A stretch of DNA of 64,000 nt, taken from NCBI GenBank assembly GCA_016748015.1, contig JAAOMT010000591.1:199532-263531 (forward strand), in the 5' to 3' direction. Both the position numbers and the translations under genes were made by a program. The stretch is from Geosiphon pyriformis uo1. Taxonomy: Eukaryota; Fungi; Glomeromycota. The notes beneath the pieces were generated by a model. It was not told the origin of the DNA and ran no database searches. It saw nothing but the letters and a program-made list of their open reading frames with translations. This document shows positions 63,259 through 64,000 of this stretch, piece by piece; within the stretch, counting starts at the first letter, position 1, and every line of letters begins with the position of its first letter.

Positions 63259-64000
63259 TTTTTTTTTTTTAACGAGTGAAGTCCAAACACTACCTAGTAC
63301 AATACATCATACAAGTGATCTAAACTAGGTGTGAATCATGCTCTTTCTACACGTGACCAGCCACTCAGACTAGTCAGGACAACACTAGACACCTATATGC
63401 ACTGAGACCAAGTTACCTACACCTGAAAAGAATAAATTAGATTTATGAAACCCAAAACCAATACCAATAGTATCAGTGATACCCAATAATCTAACCACAT
63501 TAGACGAGAGTATTGAAGGAAGACCAGAAACCGAGACAGGAATAGAACCATCATGTGGGATAAAGCCATCCTTCTCTATAACAGCTCTGTGTTTCACACG
63601 AACCAGCCAAATATTATCACAGAATGCAAGACAGAAATCACGCATGAATGCCATAATATTCTGAGCCGCCGTTTTAGAGTCCTTGAAAACAGAAAAAGAT
63701 TCCTGATACCATTCATTGAAAACAAAGCCCTTACATATAGCCACACCAACAACAGCATTGGAAGTGCAAGCAGAAAGCAACTGTGAAACACATGAAGTCG
63801 AGTGAGATAAATCTGAGTGCATTTTCTAAACAGATGCATGAGCATTCATCAACTGAGCACGATCACCAGTATCGAACAGGCACGAAAACACATGATCTGA
63901 AATTTCACAGAACAAACACATCACACTGGGGTACCCCTTATTGTAAAGTCGCTTTCGCACAGCAACAGAAAGACAATGATGCAATGCCTTCATAAAATAC
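63259..64000 (-). mobile_element. LINE L-4 3' end: ORF2 C-terminus with CCHC, 3' UTR and poly(A) tail
   Basis: VAVRKRLY..YPSVMCLFC..SDHVFSC; ORF ends 63385; T12 at 63259-63270 on the + strand; higher GC and CpG content suggests a younger copy. Confidence 0.85.

Overview
Eukaryotic, very AT-rich, transposon-saturated fungal DNA; the element content and gene style suggest Glomeromycotina or another early-diverging fungus (inference). The only host gene is an intact 12-exon gamma-tubulin (33715-35909, +), which forms a CpG-rich island. The rest is a nest of decayed retroelements: six Ty3/Gypsy-type LTR element copies in two coding families (A and B), solo or partial LTRs including a third LTR family (C), and four copies of an RNase H-bearing LINE. 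One LTR element (5515-15712, -) is complete, with both LTRs, PBS, PPT and a CTGG target-site duplication. The LTR elements share an unusual architecture. ORF1 runs gag, CCHC, protease, an unknown Cys-rich domain, dUTPase, RT and RNase H, and ends at a stop found in all five copies that include that junction. The integrase appears to be a separate ORF with its own ATG, followed by a conserved ~220-codon ORF3 of unknown function just before the PPT. All repeats carry near-exclusive C>T/G>A hypermutation in every dinucleotide context. Coordinates and counts were made by eye and may be off by a few bases.
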